This document shows positions 27,287 through 32,000 of a stretch of DNA of 32,000 nucleotides, piece by piece; position 1 is the stretch's first letter; every line of letters begins with the position of its first letter. The stretch comes from Haloferax volcanii DS2 (GTDB lineage: Archaea > Halobacteriota > Halobacteria > Halobacteriales > Haloferacaceae): NCBI RefSeq assembly GCF_000025685.1, contig NC_013967.1:1860001-1892000 (forward strand), in the 5' to 3' direction. Both the position numbers and the translations under genes were made by a program. The notes under the pieces were generated by a model. It was not told the origin of the DNA. It saw only the letters and a list, made by a program, of their open reading frames with translations, and made no database searches.

Positions 27287-27467
27287 ACCCCCCTTTCCCG
27301 TCGGCGTGCGCGAAACGCACGTGACCGGGCTCGTGGTGCTCATCGGACTCATCTTCGGCGGGATGTATCTGTACACTCGCTGGCGTCAGTATCTTCGGTA
27401 GACACAGCGACGGACCGCGTTGCACCCTCCCGACGAACAATACCACCGTCGAACTGACGGCCGAGTC

Positions 27468-27596
27468 AGAGAGTACAGTTCGTACGCTCTCCTCTCTGCT
27501 GCCTCGCGCTTTCAACGACGAACGAACGCAGGCGAACTGTACTCTCTCCCGTCCCGCTTCGGCCATCGCGTTCCACGTTAGAGAGTACATTTCGTA
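27468..27596. repeat. 15-bp perfect inverted repeat AGAGAGTACAGTTCG / CGAACTGTACTCTCT plus a third direct copy
   Basis: Arms at 27468-27482 and 27533-27547 (50-nt spacer). Third copy AGAGAGTACATTTCG at 27580-27594 (1 mismatch). Each direct copy continues with TAYGCTYTCCTC. Confidence 0.7.
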
Positions 27597-27606
27597 TGCT
27601 TTCCTC

Positions 27607-27639
27607 AATATGAAGCGTTCTACGAGGGGGTGGGTGTGG
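27607..27639 (+). repeat. degenerate ORB-like element
   Basis: AATATGAAGCG, then a 6-nt insertion, then the G-string GAGGGGGTGGGTGTGG. Confidence 0.4.
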
Positions 27640-27800
27640 AGTTTTGAATGTATCGCGTTGTACAGGTCACCGCAGATGCGATGACGACATGACGGTTCCT
27701 CGGGGAGTACCGTTTCGAGTGTATCTGATCTCGTGTCCTTCGCATCGGCCTCGGAGTCTCTGTTTCCGATTTCGTGTGTACCACTTCCTGAGACGCATCT

Positions 27801-27823
27801 AAACAGATGAAGTCGTGGGGGTC
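27801..27823 (+). repeat. ORB element
   Basis: AAACAGATGAAGTCGTGGGGGTC. Confidence 0.8.
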
Positions 27824-27915
27824 AGATTTTCGTCCCGGATTCTCAGAACGATTTCTTTGCAGTCTATTTCCTTCGTCTCCGGTATACGAACTGGTTCAGT
27901 TTACAGTTTGGTTGT

Positions 27916-27939
27916 CACCCCCCATCGCTTCATGTGTTC
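27916..27939 (-). repeat. ORB element (inverted)
   Basis: The reverse complement reads GAACACATGAAGCGATGGGGGGTG. Confidence 0.8.
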
Positions 27940-28046
27940 TTGTGGTTCGTCTCTATCCACAGCAGCGCTGCACTACCACCGGTATCTCCGTCTCGAACTG
28001 GCTTCGACTCGAAGATATTGGCATCTTGAACCCCTGTATGGGTGCT

Positions 28047-28068
28047 AAACACATGAAGTGGTGGGGGT
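28047..28068 (+). repeat. ORB element
   Basis: AAACACATGAAGTGGTGGGGGT. Confidence 0.8.
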
Positions 28069-28130
28069 AGAACGATTACCAAATCCTCTCGGCTACCTGA
28101 ACAGCCATGACCAACAATGTTGGAGACTCT

Positions 28131-28154
28131 CCCACCCCACCACTTCATCTGTTC
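28131..28154 (-). repeat. ORB element (inverted)
   Basis: The reverse complement reads GAACAGATGAAGTGGTGGGGTGGG. Confidence 0.8.
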
Positions 28155-28255
28155 TGATTATCTGCACTGTTTCTGTGTGGTTTGGGGGCTCAATAGTTCG
28201 GGTGGTCGCTGGCTCTTAACCATCATTGTCAGTCGTAGACAGATCACACAGCATA

Positions 28256-28276
28256 GAACAGATGAAGCCACGGGGT
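28256..28276 (+). repeat. ORB element
   Basis: GAACAGATGAAGCCACGGGGT. Confidence 0.7.
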
Positions 28277-28295
28277 TCTTCACTTATATATTCGG

Positions 28296-28323
28296 AGAAC
28301 AGATGAAACAGATGAACCGGTGG
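28296..28323 (+). repeat. tandem ORB half-sites without G-string
   Basis: AGAACAGATGAA-ACAGATGAA-CCGGTGG, just upstream of the orc1 promoter. Confidence 0.55.
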
Positions 28324-28353
28324 ATATATCTGGTATACAGGTCTGCAACACGT

Positions 28354-29583
28354 ATGGGATCCTTCGAGTTCTCACAATCAAATCAGATCTTCAAAAATCG
28401 GGATGTGCTACGTGAGGATTATACCCCCGAAGAACTCGTTGGCCGGGATGAAGAACTGAGTGAGTATCACTCCGCTCTCCAGCCGGTAATCAACAACGAA
28501 CTCCCGTCGAACATCTTTCTGTACGGCAAGTCCGGTGTCGGGAAAACAGCCGCAACACGATTCTTACTGGATCGGCTCCAAGACGCCGCTCGATCGATTC
28601 ACGACCTCGACTTGCACGCGGTACGGATCAACTGTGACGGACTCAACACGAGCTATCAAGTCGCCGTAACGATCATTAACCGTCTGCGTAGTCCGGAAGA
28701 TCAGATTCCCATGACCGGCTATCCACAGTCGAAGGTGTACCAGTTCCTGTGGGAAGAACTCGATCAGTACGGGACCATACTCATCATCCTCGACGAGGTC
28801 GACCACGTCAACGACGACTCACTTCTGTATCAGATTCCGCGCGCACGAGACAACGGTTACGTCACGTCAGCGAAGATCGGGCTGATCGGTATTTCGAACG
28901 ATCTGTCGTACCGAGAAGGGCTTTCGGCAAAGGTCCAATCGAGTCTGTGCGAAAAAGAGGTCTATTTCCCACCGTACGATGCGGGAGAACTCCGTAAAGT
29001 GCTCGAACAACGAACCCAAGTCGCCTTCCGTGATGACGCTCTCTCGGAGGACGTCATCCCGCTTTGTGCCGCCTATGGTGCGAAGGATTCGGGTGACGCT
29101 CGACAGGCGATTAATCTCCTGTTGGAGGCGGGGGATATCGCACGGAACGAGAACGCACCACAGGTAACGAAACCGCACGTCGACCAAGCCAAACGAAAGC
29201 TCGAATCCGACCAAATCACGACTGGGGTGTCGAAGCTCACAGAGCACGCCCGACTGACGCTGTACGCACTTACGACGTTCGCCGCAGACGGTGAGACTCC
29301 AGTCACTTCACCGACAATCCGCGAACGCTACCTCGCACTCTGCAGTTCGAGTGGCATCGACCCGCTTTCACATCGGCAGATGCAAAGTCATCTCTCCGAG
29401 CTGAAGATGATGGGTGTCATTACGGGCAAAGAGCGGAATCTGGGTCGTCGCGGCGGAAAGAAGGTGCTGTACGGACTCAACTACGACCTCGGGTTAATTA
29501 CGGAAACCCTCGCCGACACGATCGATGAAATCGGCGTCCACCGCTCGATTCAATCGTTCGCCAAGAACTGCTCGGAGCAGTAA
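28354..29583 (+). CDS. orc1: Orc1/Cdc6 replication initiator
   Basis: LVGRDEEL, Walker A GKSGVGKTA, Walker B ILDEVD, sensor and arginine-finger region, and a C-terminal winged helix. Start set at ATG 28354 (MGSFEFSQSNQIF...), about 25 nt after GATATATC. The track ORF start at 28117 would read through ORB repeats. GC is visibly lower than in the core genes. Confidence 0.9.
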   Translation: MGSFEFSQSNQIFKNRDVLREDYTPEELVGRDEELSEYHSALQPVINNELPSNIFLYGKSGVGKTAATRFLLDRLQDAARSIHDLDLHAVRINCDGLNTSYQVAVTIINRLRSPEDQIPMTGYPQSKVYQFLWEELDQYGTILIILDEVDHVNDDSLLYQIPRARDNGYVTSAKIGLIGISNDLSYREGLSAKVQSSLCEKEVYFPPYDAGELRKVLEQRTQVAFRDDALSEDVIPLCAAYGAKDSGDARQAINLLLEAGDIARNENAPQVTKPHVDQAKRKLESDQITTGVSKLTEHARLTLYALTTFAADGETPVTSPTIRERYLALCSSSGIDPLSHRQMQSHLSELKMMGVITGKERNLGRRGGKKVLYGLNYDLGLITETLADTIDEIGVHRSIQSFAKNCSEQ

Positions 29584-29588
29584 CCCAC

Positions 29589-29618
29589 AGAACAGATGAA
29601 GTGACGGGGTGTGGGTGG
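29589..29618 (+). repeat. ORB element
   Basis: AGAACAGATGAAGTGACGGGGTGTGGGTGG, 6 nt after the orc1 stop codon. Confidence 0.75.
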
Positions 29619-29644
29619 TCATGGCTCCGTTCTGTCTCTCGAAA

Positions 29645-29665
29645 AAAACAGATGAAGTGGTGGCG
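29645..29665 (+). repeat. ORB element with interrupted G-string
   Basis: AAAACAGATGAAGTGGTGGCG. Confidence 0.65.
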
Positions 29666-29710
29666 TGCCCCGGTCCTCAACTGCCGTCTCACGCGACGTC
29701 TGCCTTCCTA

Positions 29711-29808
29711 CCCGAAACCGGTGTTTGGTCGTCTCGTCTCGCGCCGCGAGGGTTGCGTGCAGACCGTCAGGACCCAGTCCCGAAACCGGTGTCTGTTCGG
29801 CTCGTCTG
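29711..29808 (+). repeat. pair of ~29-nt direct repeats
   Basis: CCCGAAACCGGTGTTTGGTCGTCTCGTCT (29711-29739) versus CCCGAAACCGGTGTCTGTTCGGCTCGTCT (29779-29807). 26 of 29 positions are identical. Confidence 0.7.
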
Positions 29809-30021
29809 CTTCTGCGATCGACGCCTGGCTCCCATAGCCCCCGAATGCGGTGTCCACACGGATGTTTCTGACTCGGAAGCACGCGAAATGCCCACTCTGT
29901 ATCAGATCGTCTCAGTCTCTCAGTGGATCCTATCTGCTGCTGAAAGACAGTACATCTTGTGTGCCTTTCCCGACTGCATTGGCTTCGATTGGTCGACGAG
30001 TCACCCCATGCCGATATCGAA

Positions 30022-30048
30022 AGAACAGATGAAGTCATGGGGGGAGGG
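30022..30048 (+). repeat. ORB element
   Basis: AGAACAGATGAAGTCATGGGGGGAGGG. Confidence 0.8.
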
Positions 30049-30078
30049 AGGACCGGATCGGACCGTTCTGTGTGGCTC

Positions 30079-30197
30079 GTTCGACGGCGCGGTTACGGTG
30101 ATACGACGGACACAATCAACTAACTACATCGATGCTCGCACCGCTATTCGCGTCTCGCACTCTCCCCCCGTGGTCTGGCGTGTCGCTCGGTCCCCAA
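30079..30197 (+). repeat. right copy of imperfect direct repeat flanking the orc1 module
   Basis: 11-mer at 30079-30089, 38-nt block at 30088-30125 and 19-nt block at 30170-30188, matching 27142-27286 in the same order and orientation. Ends 7 nt before the glycosyltransferase stop codon. Confidence 0.7.
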
Positions 30198-30203
30198 CGA
30201 ACA

Positions 30204-30875
30204 TCACCACCGACCGTCGATAGCGCGCTCGTACGCCTTCTCCGCTTGGTCGGCGACGCTGTCCCAATCGTACCGCTCGGCGCGTTTCGTCGGTTCGGTC
30301 GGCGGCGTCTCGCCCCCGAGCGCTCGGGCTAACGACTCTGCGACCGAATCGACAGTCGGCTCAGCGAGATAGCCCGCGTCACCGATGACCTCACTCGCCG
30401 CCGATTCGGGGTGTTGAACGCCGATAACCGTACAGTCGGCGGCCATCGCCTCGGCGTAGGTGATGCCGAATCCCTCTCGTGTGCTCGGAGAGGCGAACAC
30501 GTCCGCGGCGCGCATCTGGCCCAACACGTCCTCGTACTCGTCGAGGAATCCAAGCAGGCTCACGCGGTCGGCGTGGTCCAACGAGTCGGCCTGTCGTTCG
30601 AGGCGGTCGGCCTCCGGGCCGTCGCCGACGACGCCCAGCGTCACGTCGTCGTAGTCGTCGGCCACGCGGTCGAACGCGTCGAGGAGGACGGAGACGTTCT
30701 TGTCGGCGATGAGTCGCCCGGCGAACAGCACGTCGAACGAGTCGCCCTCGTCGGGGAGCGGCGCGTTGCGAATCTGGTCGACGTCGATGCCGTTCGGGAC
30801 GACCTCGATCGTGTCCCTGTCCCGGCCGGTATCGGCGAGGCGGTCGGTGTTTTTGTGAACTCGCGGTGTTTCCAC
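30204..30875 (-). pseudogene. GT4-type glycosyltransferase, C-terminal (Glycos_transf_1) half only
   Basis: VVPNGIDVDQI...FDVLFAGRLIADKNV...LGVVGDGPE...FASPSTREGFGITYAEAMA covers the C-terminal Rossmann domain including the EX7E-type region. The ~150-170 aa N-terminal domain is absent. The frame closes at a stop 30 nt upstream of the GTG at 30875. Confidence 0.6.
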
Positions 30876-30893
30876 GTCGCCTGAATCGCCTCT

Positions 30894-30920
30894 CAGTAGT
30901 CGTTACCTACACGACTACTG
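30894..30920. terminator. perfect 10-bp hairpin CAGTAGTCGT-TACCTAC-ACGACTACTG
   Basis: Exact reverse-complement arms, 15 nt downstream of the LAGLIDADG gene stop and at the point where glycosyltransferase homology ends. Confidence 0.35.
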
Positions 30921-30934
30921 TCGAAGTGCCGTAC

Positions 30935-31897
30935 TCATCCGTCTTTCACGGGGACGGGGAATTTGTAGTCGTACGCCATGAGCGTATTCGAGCGTCGGAG
31001 GTCGTCGAGGAACGTTCGTGCATCGTAGTCACGAAGACGAATATACAGACCCGAGCCGTCTTCGATGCCCTTCTGTCTGACTGCGTAGTTGTCGTAGCCC
31101 AGTCGGTCGACCTCTGACTGGAGATGTTCGACGCACGACTCGGGAAAGCCGTGGGTCGCAAAGGAAACGCGCGGTGCGCCGCTGTCACGGATTGAGCAGT
31201 TCCCGTCGCCCCAGTACCAATGTAGGAGTGCTGTCTTGTCGAGGTGGAAGTCCTCCGGGACGATTTTTCGATTGTTCTTTTCGTCCCTGACTTCGTACCA
31301 CTCCTCGTACATTCGTTGGAGACGTGGTTGCGGTCGTGACGTGACTATCCACGAAGTGTAGTCTTCGTCGGTAAACTGATTCAGCCGAGTGAACGAGTTC
31401 GGCTGGGACTCCGGGAAGAACCCATCGGGAAGCTTTGTGATTAGTCGACGTGCGTGCTCCTCCGTCGTCGTCGAGAGTTGGAAGAAACACGACCCATCAT
31501 ACCGTGAGTGCAAGCACCCATCGCCGAGTAGTTCGCCTTGAATAACCGACACCTGGGATGGACTCAGTCCGATATCAGTAGTTTTCGGGAGTGAGATGGG
31601 ATCGGCACCCGCTTTTTCAAGGTGGAATCGGATTGCGACTGGGGAGGTGTCGTATCGGTCCGCAAGCGTCTGGAGGGAACTCCGACGCTCGTACGCTTCA
31701 ACCAGTTCCTCTCTTCGGTTCGCTAACTGCGTGTACGCCGGACCACCATTTCGCATTGTGACATCGTGGTCCTGTAGACGGCGGTGAATCGTCGGTGCAG
31801 AGACATCGAAGACCTCCGCAATCTCACGGAGCGACTGTCCCGCTTCATAGCGCTCAATGAGTTCGTCAACTCGCTCGTCGAGCCACTCGTACCGCAT
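30935..31897 (-). CDS. LAGLIDADG-type homing-endonuclease-like protein with two N-terminal HTH modules
   Basis: 320 aa. Two sigma-70-region-4 / resolvase-like HTH repeats (GQSLREIAEVFDVSAPTIHRRL and SSLQTLADRYDTSPVAIRFHL). These are followed by IQGELLGDGCL and LLHWYWGDGNCS, which match the two LAGLIDADG motifs of a double-motif enzyme. GC is lower than in the core genes. Confidence 0.65.
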   Translation of the reverse strand: MRYEWLDERVDELIERYEAGQSLREIAEVFDVSAPTIHRRLQDHDVTMRNGGPAYTQLANRREELVEAYERRSSLQTLADRYDTSPVAIRFHLEKAGADPISLPKTTDIGLSPSQVSVIQGELLGDGCLHSRYDGSCFFQLSTTTEEHARRLITKLPDGFFPESQPNSFTRLNQFTDEDYTSWIVTSRPQPRLQRMYEEWYEVRDEKNNRKIVPEDFHLDKTALLHWYWGDGNCSIRDSGAPRVSFATHGFPESCVEHLQSEVDRLGYDNYAVRQKGIEDGSGLYIRLRDYDARTFLDDLRRSNTLMAYDYKFPVPVKDG

Positions 31898-32000
31898 CCG
31901 TCAGGCCCCCACCGAGGACGTTTGGTAGTCGTAATTCTGTTCAACAGACTCTTGTCGATCTCTATCTGAGTTGCTCATGCTTCGTCTTGGGCGAAGCACG

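Larger units (their letters stand above)
27601..28353. other. replication origin region (ORB cluster plus AT-rich unwinding candidates) upstream of orc1/cdc6
   Basis: Seven ORB-like repeats, including two inverted pairs flanking comparatively AT-rich spacers (27824-27915 and 28069-28130). Directly upstream of an Orc1/Cdc6 gene. Confidence 0.8.

Noticed and set aside
27255-27608. 117-aa minus-strand ORF (MRKAYEMYSLTWNAM...)
   Set aside because: It spans the inverted-repeat elements and the flanking repeat. Codon bias is poor and the sequence is not protein-like.
27807-28148. Track ORFs 27807..28070(+), 27815..28048(+) and 27930..28148(-), starting MKSWG / MKWWG
   Set aside because: The starts are the ATGAAGT..GGGGG core of the ORB repeats. 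The translations are Cys/Ser/Leu-rich with no acidic character. They lie in the origin region.
28117-28353. N-terminal 79-aa extension of the Orc1/Cdc6 ORF (MLETLPPHHFICSDYL...)
   Set aside because: It reads through ORB repeats (PPHHFIC is the translation of CCACCCCACCACTTCATCTG) and the promoter. Orc1 homology begins at MGSFEFSQSNQIF, so the start was moved to 28354.
29609-30223. 204-aa ORF downstream of orc1, and antisense ORF 29619..30038
   Set aside because: Composition is unlike the acidic proteome. The ORF spans three ORBs, the 29-nt repeats and the flanking repeat, so it was treated as non-coding origin DNA.
1-32000. CRISPR arrays, rRNA genes, IS transposases and integrases
   Set aside because: No regularly spaced repeat-spacer array, no rRNA-like conserved stretches, and no DDE, tyrosine or serine recombinase motifs were seen in any long ORF.

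Overview
GC-rich haloarchaeal (class Halobacteria) chromosomal segment. The predicted proteins are strongly acidic, promoters are TATA-like and often leaderless, and lipoproteins carry Tat signals. Positions 1-21.7 kb look like ordinary core genome. This part holds an actin-fold ATPase next to a membrane protein and a pentapeptide-repeat protein, then PRC-barrel, DUF502 and DoxX proteins. It also holds a REC-PAS response regulator, a multi-PAS/LOV histidine kinase carrying two reading-frame lesions, an Lrp/AsnC regulator, a complete BMP-type ABC transporter operon and a TrmB-family regulator. After an AT-rich break at about 21.7-22.05 kb the window becomes a lower-GC mosaic. That part holds a SHOCT protein, small membrane proteins, an orphan siderophore/B12-type binding lipoprotein with a palindromic operator-like site, and an NAD-dependent sugar epimerase. 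The most interesting stretch is 27.1-32 kb. A self-contained orc1/cdc6 gene sits between two clusters of origin-recognition-box (ORB) repeats. The whole ~2.9 kb module is bracketed by imperfect direct repeats. It abuts a glycosyltransferase reduced to its C-terminal half and a free-standing HTH-LAGLIDADG homing-endonuclease-like gene. No rRNA, tRNA or CRISPR array was found. All family assignments come from reading motifs in the translations; no database search was possible.
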